A DNA stretch of 63,368 nt, counting the filler, from Actinomycetota bacterium (GTDB lineage Bacteria; Actinomycetota; Acidimicrobiia; IMCC26256; VFJJ01): assembly GCA_009886115.1 (NCBI GenBank). It is 6 parts of 6 records of this genome, joined end to end, with 100 filler letters (N's around TTAATTAATTAA, not from the genome) between each part and the next. Parts side by side here need not be neighbours in the genome. Positions count along the whole stretch, not along the records: positions 21,986 to 31,354 come from VFJJ01000126.1; positions 31,455 to 55,547 come from VFJJ01000112.1; 4 more parts are not named here. One strand, written 5' to 3'. A program made the position numbers and the translations under genes. This document shows positions 27,392 to 38,690 of the stretch, piece by piece (position 1 is the stretch's first letter; every line of letters starts with the position of its first letter). The notes below the pieces were generated by a model that saw only the letters and a program-made list of their open reading frames with translations, was not told the DNA's origin and did no database searches.

Positions 27392-29007
27392 CCCTGCTCG
27401 GCCAGGAAGCGCTGCCGATTCGCGGCGAACTCCTGGTCGTTCGTGTCGCGCGACACCACGGCGTAGAAGTAGGCCGGTCGGCCGTCGTGCTTGGGACGCA
27501 GCACCCGTCCCAGGCGCTGCGCCTCCTCCTGACGGCTCCCGAACGCGCCTGACACCTGGATGGCCACGGTGGCCTCGGGCAAGTCGATCGAGAAGTTCGC
27601 CACCTTCGAGACGACGAGCGTGTCGACGGCGCCGGTGCGGAAGGCGTCGTAGAGGCGCTCGCGCTCGTGCACGGGGGTATCGCCGGTGATGAGGGGAGCG
27701 CCGAGCCGCTCGGCGAGGGTCCGGAGTTGGTCGAGGTACTGGCCGATCACCAGGGTCGGCTCGTCGGGATGACGGGCCCGCAGCGCCGCGACCACCTCCA
27801 GCTTCGACCGTGCGCAGGCCCCGACCCGGTAACGCTCATCGGGCTCGGCGAGGGCATAGGACATGCGCTCGTCGTCGGTGAGCGTCACCCGCACCTCGGT
27901 GCAGATCGCCGGGGCGATCCAGCCTTGGGCTTCGATGTCGCGCCACGGGGCGTCGTAGCGCTTGGGGCCGATGAGTGAGAACACGTCGTCGGCGCGGCCG
28001 TCCTCGCGCACCAAGGTGGCGGTGAGGCCCAGCCGGCGGCGGCTCTGGATCTCAGCGGTCATGCGGAACACCTGTGCGGGCAGGAGATGCACCTCGTCGT
28101 AGACCACGAGGCCCCAGTCCTGGGCGTCGAACAGCTCGAGATGGCGGAACTGGCCCTTGGCCTTGGTGATCATCACCTGGTAGGTGGCGATGGTGACCGG
28201 GCAGATCTGCTTGCGGGCGCCGGAGTACTCGCCGATGTCGTCTTCGGTGAGCGTGGTACGGGCCAGCAGCTCGGCGCGCCACTGGCGAGCAGCGACCGTG
28301 TTCGTGACCAGGATCAGCGTCTTGGTGGACGCCCGAGCCATGGCCGCCAAGCCCACCAAGGTCTTCCCGGCCCCGCACGGCAACACGACCACGCCGCTGC
28401 CACTGGCGAAGAACCCGTCGACCGCCTGGCGCTGGTAGTCGCGCAGCACCCAGCCGTCGGCATTGCGCAACCCGATCGCGAAGGCCTCGCCGACGACGTA
28501 GGCCGCCTGGTCGTCGGCCGGCCAACCCAGCTTGATCAACGCCTGCTTCACACGCCCGCGCTCGGGCTTGTGCACGACCACGGTGTCGGCGTCGATGCGG
28601 GCCCCCAGCAGCGGCGCCACCTTCGGGGAGCGCAGCACCTCTTCGAGGACGGCCGGATCGCGCGAGCGCAACACGAGCCCGTGCACGGGATGGTCGTCGA
28701 GCACCAGGCGGCCGTAGCGGTCCATCACGTCGGCCACGTCGACCAGCAGGGCGTGCGGGACGGGGTAGCGCGACCACCGGAGCAACGAGTCGACGACCTG
28801 CTCGGCGTCGTGGCCCGCTGCCCGGGCGTTCCACAGCCCGAGCGGCGTGAGGCGATACGTGTGCACGTGCTCGGGCGAGCGCTCGAGCTCGGCGAAGGGG
28901 GCGATGCCAGCCCGGCACGCCTCGGCGTCGGGATGGCCGATCTCGAGGAGCAATGTGCGGTCGGACTGCACGACGAGCGGACCCGTCCCGGGCGTCGCGG
29001 CGCTCAT
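27340..29007 (-). CDS. DNA repair helicase XPB (Rad25/ERCC3-like)
   Basis: LVVQSDRTLLLE, LPCGAGKT, DEVH, LTATLVRED, QRLGRVLR. Confidence 0.95.
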   Translation of the reverse strand: MSAATPGTGPLVVQSDRTLLLEIGHPDAEACRAGIAPFAELERSPEHVHTYRLTPLGLWNARAAGHDAEQVVDSLLRWSRYPVPHALLVDVADVMDRYGRLVLDDHPVHGLVLRSRDPAVLEEVLRSPKVAPLLGARIDADTVVVHKPERGRVKQALIKLGWPADDQAAYVVGEAFAIGLRNADGWVLRDYQRQAVDGFFASGSGVVVLPCGAGKTLVGLAAMARASTKTLILVTNTVAARQWRAELLARTTLTEDDIGEYSGARKQICPVTIATYQVMITKAKGQFRHLELFDAQDWGLVVYDEVHLLPAQVFRMTAEIQSRRRLGLTATLVREDGRADDVFSLIGPKRYDAPWRDIEAQGWIAPAICTEVRVTLTDDERMSYALAEPDERYRVGACARSKLEVVAALRARHPDEPTLVIGQYLDQLRTLAERLGAPLITGDTPVHERERLYDAFRTGAVDTLVVSKVANFSIDLPEATVAIQVSGAFGSRQEEAQRLGRVLRPKHDGRPAYFYAVVSRDTNDQEFAANRQRFLAEQGYAYEIVDHTDVLGPLA

Positions 29008-31354
29008 CGCTTGCCCCTCGAACGGTTCGGCCGGCGCGTGGGACGGCCCTGGAGCTCGACCCCCTCGATCTCGTCGAACTCGAGGACATGGTCGCCCCCG
29101 CAGTCGCTGCAGGCGATCGTGACGTCGGAGCCATCGAGCCCGACGGGCACCCCGCACATCACGTCGTCGCCGGCATCGTCGAAGACGATGAGCACCTCGA
29201 GCCCGCGCTCGGAGGCGTGCCGCAGCATCGCCACGGTGCCCCTCTCCTGGCGGTGGCTGGAGGCCGGCTGCGCCCCGAGGATCTCGTCGAGCCGATCGAG
29301 CAACGACGGTGGGATGCGTGAGCCGGGCGTACGGAACCTCGCCGTCACCGAGTTCGGTGCAGCCGATGCAGCCGATGCAGCCGATGCGGCCGGTGCAGGC
29401 GTTCGGAGGTCGTTGATCGCTCGGGTGATCCGCTCGGCTGCGATCGAGGCTGGGGTCGAGGCTGCCTGCGACGCTGGTCCCGGGGAGCCTTCAGGCCGAC
29501 CTGGTGACGGTGGCCGGCCGGGGCTCGCGACCTTCGGCCGGCTCACGGCCACTCCCGGCGACGCGGCATCGTCGACTGGGAGGTAACCGGCAGCACGCAG
29601 GGATCCGAGCAGGATGGCCAAGGGCTGGGCGCACACCGCGACCGTCGGCGCGATCTCGCGCAGCGCCAACTTGGCCAGCTTCTTCGACCTGACCATCTCG
29701 GCGAGCAGCGCCGGGTCGTCGACCGTGACGTACGACACGGCCGTTCCCACCCGGGCGTGGCCGTAGCGCCGACCCACGTCGTCGACCAGGTAGCGCAACG
29801 GTTGGGGGACGCCCGTGGTGCTGTGCTCGCTCAGGAAGGTGAGCACCTCGGCGGCCGTCCGGCCGGCGTTGAGCGCCCGCCCGACACTGGCGGCCGAGAA
29901 CCGGTAGGTGCTGGCCGAACCGCGCGACTCCACGTCGGCCATGAGCCCGAGCTCCAGAGCCACCGGAGCATCGAGGGGCCCGAGCGCCAGGGCCGTGAGA
30001 TCGGCCTGCACGACGAAGCGGCTCTCGGCGGCCGGCATGCCGGCGATGGCGGCGATCCGGGCGCCGGCGCCATCGCCGGCCAGCTCGCAGCGGACCGCTG
30101 CACTGAGCGAGCCCAAGGCCATCGCTCCGACCAGCGCGGCCTCCTCGGCGAACCACTCGATGGCCCGGGCCGTGTCGGTTGCCGGCACCTCAGCCCAGAG
30201 TCGGGGTGCCAGCCACCACGCTCGTTGGACGAGGGCCCAATCGTCGACGGCATGGCCGGCCGGGCCCTCGGCCAGGACCTGCAGGAGGGTCAGGCGCATC
30301 CGGGGGGCGTCGCGCCCCACGGTGGCCGCCGAGAGCGGGGCGATGAACTTGTCGTTGGCGTCGCGCGCTCCCGCCGCCCGCAGGTGGGCCGGCGCCGACA
30401 ACCAGCGTCGCAGCACGTGCAGCCAGCGATCGGCCTGGTCGAGCTGAACCCATTCGTCGAACAGCGGCGTGGCCCGCAACGGGTCGGACCGTTGCACGAG
30501 GCCGACGGCAACGGCCAGCTCCACGAGCGCTGCGGCATCGCGTTCGTCGGTCTCGGTGACGGCGGCCAGCCGCTTGACGACCCGCACGCCCACGCCACCC
30601 GTCTTGAGCACCGGCGCCGGCGTCGATCCGAGATCGTCGACCAGACGGGCCAGCCGGTCGACGAGACGAGCCGCGACATGCCCGGCCTCGACATCGGCGT
30701 CGACGCCCGCTCCGTGGGGTATCGAGAGCAGCGGCGGGGGCTCGGCCCGAAGGTCGGGGAACGCGAAGCCGCCCCGGTGAGCCAGGCCGACCTCGCGGAC
30801 GAGCTCGGCGACGCCCCACTGGGCGTGCACGAGCATGCCCCGCTCACCCAGCCAGTCGACGGCGGCGCTGCCCGAATGAGGACGGCCGCTGTAGCCGCCC
30901 ATCGCCATCGACCCCGAGATCGCCACGGTGGCGGAGCGGTTCTTGGCCATTCGCTCGAGGAGCACGGCAACCTCGGGAGGGGCTCCGGCGAGGAGCTGCT
31001 GGACCCGGCCCGCGTCGGCGAAGACATCGGTGACCATGCGCAGGAGGTCGGCCTTCTTGGCCGTCCCCACCACGAGCTCGAGCGCACCGGCGACGTGCCT
31101 GAGCTCCTCGACCGTCCGCTGGCCCAGCAGCGCAGCTGCCGGACACCCGAGACCCGCGGCGTCCCTGAGGGCTCTGGGGAGCTCACCGACGAGCTTCACG
31201 ACCCCTCTCTCGCAGCTCACCAGCGCCAGCTCGGCGAGATGCGCCAACCCCGCCTCGACCTGGGCCAGCGTGGCGCCCGGGCCGGCCAGCTCGGCAACGG
31301 CATCGGGGGTCACCGGTGTGGGAACCAGAGCGACGAGCTCGAGCAGCTGGTGGC
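29004..31354 (-). CDS. XPB-associated helicase-C3-domain protein (Rv0862c-like), 5' truncated
   Basis: VVQADLTA..ADVESRGSASTYRFSAASV..VPQPLRYLVDDVGRRYG; ATGA overlap with XPB. Confidence 0.88.
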
Positions 31355-31454
31355 NNNNNNNNNNNNNNNNNNNNNNNNNNNNNNNNNNNNNNNNNNNNTT
31401 AATTAATTAANNNNNNNNNNNNNNNNNNNNNNNNNNNNNNNNNNNNNNNNNNNN
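31355..31454. other. Artificial contig linker
   Basis: N run with TTAATTAATTAA. Confidence 0.98.
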
Positions 31455-33347
31455 GCCCAGCCACGTGACACCGAGGATGAGCACGAACAACACCAAGGGG
31501 GCCACCGACACGAACCGGACCTCCTGCGGGCCGGGCACTCCGAGCTCTCCGGCAGGCAACGCCACGAGCATCAGGAGCCCGAGCACCGGGGCCTGGGCCA
31601 GGAGCAGCGCCAGGTTGCGCCGATCCGAGCCCAGCACGGCAGCCGACCGGGCGACGAGCGTCCGGAGCTGAACGAACCAGGATCGGCGACGGCTTCGCAG
31701 CTCGACCAGACCCGACGCCGCTCCGTCAGACGGCGCATCCGATCCGGCACCCGGAGACACCGACCCGTCCGACGGTGGAACACCCGGAGAGGCCGGCAGC
31801 GTGGTGGGGCGGTCGAGGCGGATACGGCTGGTCGGTGTGGCCGCGGTGATCGGGGCGACGAGCGGCTGGGGTTCCGCGTGCTCGTCGGCCGGGGGACGGG
31901 GCGGTCGCCAGTTGCGCGTGGGATCGGCGGTCAGGGCGCTGAAGACGTCGGTGAGGTCCTCGGCGCCAAAGCGCTGCGTTGCGAACCCCGGCGGTCCGAG
32001 GTACGCCGGCACCCCGCCCGGTGCGAGCACGAGCACGTCGTCGCACAGACGGATGCTCGACAAATCGTGGGTGACGACGACGATGGTCCGGCCTCCGTCG
32101 GCCAAGGCACGCAGAGTGCGCATGAGCGACCGCTCGAGCCCGGGATCGAGCCCCGCGGCGGGCTCATCGAGGAACACCAGTGACGGCTTGGTCAGCAGCT
32201 CGAGCGCGACGCTCGCCCGCTTGCGCTCGCCGCCCGACAGTTGCTGCATCGGGGAGTCGGCCACATGGGCGATCCCGAGCTCCTCCAGCACGTCGTCGAT
32301 GCGTGCGACACGCTCGTCGTTGGTGACGTCGGTCGGGAAGCGCAGACGCCCGGCGAACTCGAGGGCTCGGCGCGCGCTCAGCTCCCGCTGCAGCACGTCC
32401 TCCTGGGGGACGAACCCGATGCGATTTCGCAGCTCGGCGTAGTCGTGGTAGAGGTCGCGCCCGTTGTAGAGGACGGTCCCGCTGGCCGCGGGGCGCCGGC
32501 CCGACAGGGCGTAGAGCAGCGTCGACTTCCCCGAGCCCGACGGCCCGATCACGCCGAACAGCGCCCGTTCCCCGAGCGAGAACGAGACATCGTCAATCAG
32601 CGCCCGGCCGGTGCCGGCGGTGACGGTCAGGCCGGCCGCCGAGAACGACACGGCTCCGTCGTCGCGGTACTCCTCGAAGCTGCCGTCCCGCAGGCGGAAC
32701 AGGCTGAGGCCCACGGCGACGATGTCCCGCTCGCCGATCGGGCTGCGGGCGACCGCCGTGCCGTTGACGTAGGTGCCGTTGCGGCTGCCGAGGTCGACGA
32801 CTTCCCAGGTGCCGCCGTCGGGGATCCATCGCACCTCGGTGTGGTAGCGCGAGACGAGCAGATCGGAGACGACGATGTCGTTGTCGTGCCCCCGCCCGAT
32901 CCGTAGCACCGGTCCGGGCAGATCGACGGCCGGCGCGGCAATGGCATGGACGACACTCGGTCGCTGCGGAGAGATCGACACAGTCGACGCGGTCGGCGAC
33001 GGGGTCTGCAGGATCAGCGACGGGGTCTGCAAGGTCGGCGGCGGAGTCGTTGCGGCCAGGATCCGCACGATCATCGAGGTCGATCCGATGTGGATCGTGT
33101 CGCCAGACTCGAGTCGGGCCGTACCCACCAGCCTCTGCCCGTTGACCGCGACGCCCTGCTCGCTGCCGGCATCTTCGACGTGTACGGCGTCGGCGGTCAC
33201 GCTCAGGCGCAGGTGGACGGGCGCCAGCTCGGGATCGGCGATCACCACACCAGCGCAGTCGGAGCCGACCTCCACCGTCCCGCTGATCGGTACGAGGCGG
33301 GCCACCTGGCCGGATTCGCGGATCTCGAGCCTGACCGCGTCGATCAC
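31455..33347 (-). CDS. FHA-FHA-ABC transporter ATPase/permease fusion (Rv1747-like), 3' truncated
   Basis: IGRGHDND..VSRYH..DLGSRNGTYVNG; GPSGSGKST; LSGGE; FLDEP; start of TM domain. Confidence 0.92.
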
Positions 33348-33486
33348 CGCCGGAGTCTACGGACCACCGTCCTTCTTTGTGGCCAGGGCCATGCCCGGAG
33401 CGGGCTCAGCCACAAAGAACGCCGAGGTGGGCGTGCGCCGCCCGGGCGCGACCAGATCGGGCGAGTCGGCGCCTACCGTGGACGGC

Positions 33487-34572
33487 GTGCGAAGGTTGAA
33501 CGCGACCACCGGTCAGAGGCTCGGGAGAACGGCGAGGAGCGTGGGCGCGGCGGGTCTGGTGGCCGTGGTCGTGGTGCTGGGGCTCGTCGGCTGCAGCTCA
33601 AACAACGAAGGCGGCGGCTCCGATCCCGACGCGATCGACGATCTGTCGAGCGTCCCCCCGCTGCTGACCACGACGACGTCGGTGAACATGGCCGAGGGTG
33701 CCAGTGCCGCTCCGCCCACCGCTCTGGCACCGGCGACGGTCCCGTCATTGCCCGCGGCCCAGCCGTCCACCGCAGCGTCATCGGCTACTGGGCCGCCCGT
33801 CACCGTCGCACCGGGCGCGTCGACGACCCCCGCCACGGCTGCGGCCACCGGGGTGCTCACGACGCTGCCCACCCGTCCCCCGTGGCTGGGCACCCGGGTG
33901 CTGGCGCTGCGGCCCGACGGCTACGGAGAGATGCCCCCCACGCCCCCCGAGCTCGCCGACCGCCGGTTCGCGACCAGCGACTTCCTCGCCCCTCCGATCA
34001 ATGACGCCTTCGTGTCGAACATCGCTGAGATACCCGCCGACGTGGTCGCCCGTTCGAGCTGGCGCGACGACTGCCCGGTCAGCCTGGCCGAGCTGCGCTA
34101 CGTGACCGTCTCGTTCCGCGGGTTCGACGGCCTCGACCACACCGGCGAGCTGCTCGTCAACGCCGACGCAGCCGAGGGGTTCGTCGAGGTGTTCCGGCGG
34201 CTCCACGAGTCTCGCTTCCCCATCGAGGAGATGCGGGTGGTGACCGCCGACGAGATCGACGCTCCCCCCACCGGCGACGGCAACAACACGAGCGTCTTCG
34301 CCTGCCGGCCCGCGACCGGCTCGACAACGACGTGGTCGCAGCACGCCTACGGCCGGGCGATCGACATCAACCCGTTCATCAACCCGTACCTGAAGGGCGA
34401 CATCGTGTTGCCCGAGCTGGCGTCGGTGTACCTCGACCGAGCCGATGTGCGTCCCGGCATGATCGTCGCTGGCGATGTCGTCACCAAGGCCTTCGCCGAC
34501 ATCGGCTGGGGCTGGGGCGGCAACTGGAACTCGCTGAAGGACTGGCAGCACTTCTCGGCCAACGGCCGCTGA
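33487..34572 (+). CDS. M15-family D,D-carboxypeptidase lipoprotein
   Basis: Lipobox LVGC, Thr/Ala/Pro linker, SQHAYGRAIDINP, WGWGGNW..DWQHF. Confidence 0.88.
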   Translation: MRRLNATTGQRLGRTARSVGAAGLVAVVVVLGLVGCSSNNEGGGSDPDAIDDLSSVPPLLTTTTSVNMAEGASAAPPTALAPATVPSLPAAQPSTAASSATGPPVTVAPGASTTPATAAATGVLTTLPTRPPWLGTRVLALRPDGYGEMPPTPPELADRRFATSDFLAPPINDAFVSNIAEIPADVVARSSWRDDCPVSLAELRYVTVSFRGFDGLDHTGELLVNADAAEGFVEVFRRLHESRFPIEEMRVVTADEIDAPPTGDGNNTSVFACRPATGSTTTWSQHAYGRAIDINPFINPYLKGDIVLPELASVYLDRADVRPGMIVAGDVVTKAFADIGWGWGGNWNSLKDWQHFSANGR

Positions 34573-34656
34573 GGCTGAGCCGCCAGCCTCTCGAGCAGTG
34601 GGCACGACGACGTCACATGCCACGTCATTGCCCACGGATCGAGCGTCGTGCTCAGC

Positions 34657-36384
34657 TCAATGCTCGCGGTGGTCGTCGGGGGCCGGCGCGCTCTCGCCGG
34701 TGAGGACGGTCTTTTGCACCTTGCCGGCGGCATTGCGGGGCAGGGGCTCGCGACGGATCTCCCAGTGGGCGGGAACCTTGAACGGCGCGAGCGACTCGCC
34801 GACCCAGCGGGCGAGCTCGGCGACGTCGACGTAGCATCCGGGCGCGGGGACGACGATGGCCTTGACCTCCTGGCCCAGCACGTCGTGCTCGACCCCGACG
34901 ATCGCGCACTCGGTGACCGAAGGATGGGCGTCGATGCGCTGCTCGACCTCGATCGGGTAGATGTTCTCGCCGCCTCGCAGGATCATGTCGCGGGCTCGGG
35001 AGTTGATGGTGAGGAACCCGTCGTCGAGGCGGCCGATGTCGCCCGTCGCCAGCCAGCGTCCCCGCTTGATCACCGCGGTGGTCGCCTCGGGGTTCTTCCA
35101 GTACCCGAGCATCGTGTAGGGGCTGCGGACGTGGATCTCGCCTTCGACCCCGTCGGGGACGGGCTGGTCGTGCTCGTCCCAGATCTCGATCTCGCAGCTG
35201 GGGTTGGCCCACCCGGCCGACTCGGGACGGGCGTCGTACTCGGCCCCGACGTTCGACGAGACCGACGCAACGGTCTCACTGGAGCCATAGCCGTTGGCCA
35301 GCTGCCCGCCGAGCGACGGGAACGCCGCCTTGACGCGCTCGAGCGTGGCGGGTGAGGTGGGGCTCCCGCCGAAGCCCACGTTACGCAGGCTGGAGGTGTC
35401 GTACTTCCCGAACGACGGATGGTCGATGGTCCGCAGGCTCAGTCCCCCCAAGGGCGACCAGGCCGTGACCCGCTCCTTCTCGATCAGGCGCAGCACGTCC
35501 TCGGCGTCGAAGCGGCCTTCCCGCAACACCAGGCGCCCGGCGGTCGACAGCCCCATGATGATCCCGGCGAAGAGGCCCGAGACGTGGAACATCGGCGAAG
35601 TGAGCAGCGTCACGTTCTGACCGGTCGGCAGCCCGATCGCCTGACCCGCGCCAGCCGGCTCTTCTCCCCGTTCCCGGGCCTGCGCAGCGGCGATCGCCCC
35701 GGCCCGCATCCGCACCGCACCGTTGCAGAACTGCACCTGCACGAAACCGATGAGGCCGCGGTGCGAGATCGTGGCGCCCTTCGAGCGCCCGGTCGTGCCG
35801 CTCGTGAACAGGATCAGCGCTGGGTCGTCCTCAGCCAGCTCGACGTCGGGGAGCGCCGCATCGGGGGCGTACGCCTCCAGGCGACCGAAGTCCGACTCGA
35901 TCTCGATCATGGGCACGCCCAGGTCGCGATCGGCGATGCGGGCGAGGCGGGCCCGGTCGCCGATGAGCAGCTTGGGCTCGGTGAGCTCGACCGAGTACGC
36001 GATCTCGTCGGCCGTCCACCAACCGTTGCCGGCACAGACGATCGCTCCCAGGCTCACCGTGGCCCAGAAGGCGATCGGCCACTCGGGACGGTTGGCCGAG
36101 ACGATCGCCACCCGATCGCCGGGGCCGATGCCGTACTCGTGGCGCAAGGCCGCGGCCACCGAAGCGACGAGCCGCAGGTGCTCGGCGTAGGTGATCGTGC
36201 GATCGCCCATCGTCACGTACCCCAGGTCGCCGTGAGCCGCCGAGGCCGCCAGCACCGAACGGAGATGGGGATGACGACGCCCGAACGCGCCGATGCGTTC
36301 GCCCACCACGTCGGACTCGACGACCTCGAAGGGTCCGCCGGGGCCCGTCATCTCGGACAGGGCCTGTTCTCGGTGGTTCACCAT
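34657..36384 (-). CDS. Long-chain acyl-CoA synthetase (class I adenylate-forming enzyme)
   Basis: FTSGTTGRSKG, GYGSSE, TGDIG, RGGENIYP, PRNAAGK. Confidence 0.93.
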   Translation of the reverse strand: MVNHREQALSEMTGPGGPFEVVESDVVGERIGAFGRRHPHLRSVLAASAAHGDLGYVTMGDRTITYAEHLRLVASVAAALRHEYGIGPGDRVAIVSANRPEWPIAFWATVSLGAIVCAGNGWWTADEIAYSVELTEPKLLIGDRARLARIADRDLGVPMIEIESDFGRLEAYAPDAALPDVELAEDDPALILFTSGTTGRSKGATISHRGLIGFVQVQFCNGAVRMRAGAIAAAQARERGEEPAGAGQAIGLPTGQNVTLLTSPMFHVSGLFAGIIMGLSTAGRLVLREGRFDAEDVLRLIEKERVTAWSPLGGLSLRTIDHPSFGKYDTSSLRNVGFGGSPTSPATLERVKAAFPSLGGQLANGYGSSETVASVSSNVGAEYDARPESAGWANPSCEIEIWDEHDQPVPDGVEGEIHVRSPYTMLGYWKNPEATTAVIKRGRWLATGDIGRLDDGFLTINSRARDMILRGGENIYPIEVEQRIDAHPSVTECAIVGVEHDVLGQEVKAIVVPAPGCYVDVAELARWVGESLAPFKVPAHWEIRREPLPRNAAGKVQKTVLTGESAPAPDDHREH

Positions 36385-36454
36385 GTCTCGGAGACTAATT
36401 CGATGCGACCGCTCGCACCCCACGTCCACGATCGCTTGACAGATTGACAGAGCG

Positions 36455-36478
36455 ACGGGAACGGGAACGGGAACGGGA
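36455..36478. repeat. (ACGGGA)4 hexamer repeat
   Basis: Read directly. Confidence 0.8.
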
Positions 36479-36484
36479 CAGCGG

Positions 36485-36590
36485 CTACTCGCCGACCGTC
36501 CCGTCGATCCGTTGGCGCAACAGGTCGGCGTGACCGTTGTGGCGGGCGTACTCCTCGACCATGTGCACCAAGACCCAGCACAGCGACACC
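36485..36590 (-). pseudogene. C-terminal remnant of a DinB/DUF664 protein
   Basis: [34 protein letters not shown]. Confidence 0.85.
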
Positions 36591-36639
36591 GCGACGAGCA
36601 AGGGCCGCGGCGTCGAGACCGACGCACTTGAGCTCCAAC

Positions 36640-36790
36640 GTCCCCGACCCCGCCACCCCGTGGCAGGACCAGCCCAGCCGCCAGCGCCTGCTCGACGCAG
36701 CACGGCTCGTCGAGACTGAACCCACCCTCACCAGCTCGCCATCGCCCACCGTCGCCGTCGACAGAACACCGTTGCGGCCCGGGCCCGGGG
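36640..36790 (+). pseudogene. Possible C-terminal remnant of a class I SAM methyltransferase
   Basis: [23 protein letters not shown] resembles methyltransferase tails (from recollection). Confidence 0.45.
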
Positions 36791-36796
36791 GACGGG

Positions 36797-38596
36797 TCAG
36801 GGCACGAGGGTGGGGACGAGCTCCATGGTGGTGGTGTCGATGATGCCCATATCGGTGAAGCCGGCTTCGGGGATGTTGGGGAGGCACAGGAAGTTCAAGG
36901 CGTACATGGGTCGATAGGTGATGGAGCAATGGAGCTCGTCGATGACGACGCGTTCCACCGCCGCCAGTGCGGCTCCGACCTCGGCCAGGGGGCGTTCGGA
37001 CATGAGCCCGGCGATGGGGAGCTCGACGATGGCCCTGACCTCGGTGCCCACGACGGCCACATATCCGCCGCCGGCGTCGGCGATGGCGTTGGCGGCGATG
37101 GCCATCGACTCGTGCGAATCGCCGACGACGAAGATGTTGTGCGAGTCGTGGTTCACCGAGCAGGCGACGGCCCCGCCCCGAATCCCCAGCCCCCCCACGA
37201 AGCCCCGGCCGATCCGGCCTGACGCGCGATGACGCTCGAGCACTGCTATCGAGAGGACGTCCTGGCCGACATCGGGCACGACCACCCCGTCGCGCACGGC
37301 CAACTCGGCCGTCCGTCGGGTCTTGGGGCCGCCGAACTCGACGACCGACACGGTCACGCTCGTCGGCACCGCCGCTGAGGCCGGCGCTCGTAGCGCCAGG
37401 TCGGCTGCGATCACCGGAGCCGCCAGGTGCATGGTCTGTGTCGCCCAGGTCGGATAGGGGAAGGCCCGGGGCTCATTCACCAACGCTCCGTTGCGCGCCA
37501 CGACGACTCCGTGATGCACGACCGACGAGACGGCGAACGTGGCGAGATCGTCGAGCACCACGAGGTCGGCGAGCCGCCCCGGTGCGACGACACCGAGATC
37601 GCGGTCGAGGCGCATGAGCGACGCCGGGTTGATCGTGGCCATCTGGATCGCTTCGACGGGCGTGAAGCCCGACCTGACCGCCAGTCGAACCCGCTCGTCG
37701 AGATGGCCCTCGGCCAGGAGCACGTTCGGGTGGATGTCGTCGGTGCACAGACAGAGGTAGCGGATGTCGAGCGCCAAGCGGCGGACGGCCTGCGCGATCA
37801 GAGGCCATTCCTCGGCCGGCAGCCGGTCGATCCGAGGCGTGAGGAGCACCCGCACGCCCCGCCGGAGCTGCTCGGCGATCTCGTCGACCGACTCGGCCAC
37901 GTGGGTGTCCTCGATCCCGGCGGCGATGGTGGCGTTGAGAACACGCCCGACGAAGCCCGGGAGTTGGCCGCCGACGGTCTTGCCCAACGCGATGCAGGCA
38001 TCGATCTTCGCCAGCTGATCGTCGTCGCTCTGGAGCAGCAGGGCCGGGTTGATGTCGCCGCCGAGGCAGACCGCGTCGGGGCGGGCGAGAAGCTCGCGGG
38101 TCGTCTCGACGGACATCTCGTGACCCGACGTCTCGAGGTGCGCGGGCATGGCCGGAACCCGTCCGGGCACCCGTAGGTACACGTTGAGGGGCAGCGCTGA
38201 CGCCTCGTCGACGAGGAGGTCGACTCCCGGTCGCCCCAACACGTTGGCGATCTCGTGGGGGTCCTCGCAGATCGACAGCACGCCCCGGGGGACGATCGCC
38301 CGAGCCAGCTCCGTGACCGTGAGGTTGTTGCTCTCGAGGTGGGTATGCGGGTCGATGAGGCCGGGGGCGATGAAGCGTCCGGTGGCATCGATCACGACAG
38401 TGTCGCCGGTGATCAACGCGTCGGCCGCGTCGCCGACGGCCGCGATGCGCGAGCCCGCGACGATCACGTCGGCCCGCACGAGCTCGCCGGTGGCCGTGCT
38501 CACCACGGTGCCGCCCCGGAGCACGAGATCGGCTGGGGCTTCTCCCAGCGCCACGGCGATGAGGTTTCGGCGATCGGTCATCGTGTTGCTCTCCAT
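36797..38596 (-). CDS. Adenine-deaminase-like amidohydrolase with altered active site
   Basis: PGLIDPHTHLES, DPHEIANVLG, CTDD, NHDSHN, LPIAGLMS. Confidence 0.88.
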   Translation of the reverse strand: MESNTMTDRRNLIAVALGEAPADLVLRGGTVVSTATGELVRADVIVAGSRIAAVGDAADALITGDTVVIDATGRFIAPGLIDPHTHLESNNLTVTELARAIVPRGVLSICEDPHEIANVLGRPGVDLLVDEASALPLNVYLRVPGRVPAMPAHLETSGHEMSVETTRELLARPDAVCLGGDINPALLLQSDDDQLAKIDACIALGKTVGGQLPGFVGRVLNATIAAGIEDTHVAESVDEIAEQLRRGVRVLLTPRIDRLPAEEWPLIAQAVRRLALDIRYLCLCTDDIHPNVLLAEGHLDERVRLAVRSGFTPVEAIQMATINPASLMRLDRDLGVVAPGRLADLVVLDDLATFAVSSVVHHGVVVARNGALVNEPRAFPYPTWATQTMHLAAPVIAADLALRAPASAAVPTSVTVSVVEFGGPKTRRTAELAVRDGVVVPDVGQDVLSIAVLERHRASGRIGRGFVGGLGIRGGAVACSVNHDSHNIFVVGDSHESMAIAANAIADAGGGYVAVVGTEVRAIVELPIAGLMSERPLAEVGAALAAVERVVIDELHCSITYRPMYALNFLCLPNIPEAGFTDMGIIDTTTMELVPTLVP

Positions 38597-38615
38597 GACT
38601 CTCGGTAGCCGTCAA

Positions 38616-38658
38616 CACCTGTCGCTCAGCGGCGACCATCGCCGCTCAGCGACAGGTG
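38616..38658. terminator. 20-bp hairpin (one C-C mismatch) between esterase and deaminase genes
   Basis: CACCTGTCGCTCAGCGGCGA-CCA-TCGCCGCTCAGCGACAGGTG. Confidence 0.6.
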
Positions 38659-38690
38659 CTCGACGGGGGGAACGGTTGCTTCTCCTGCCG

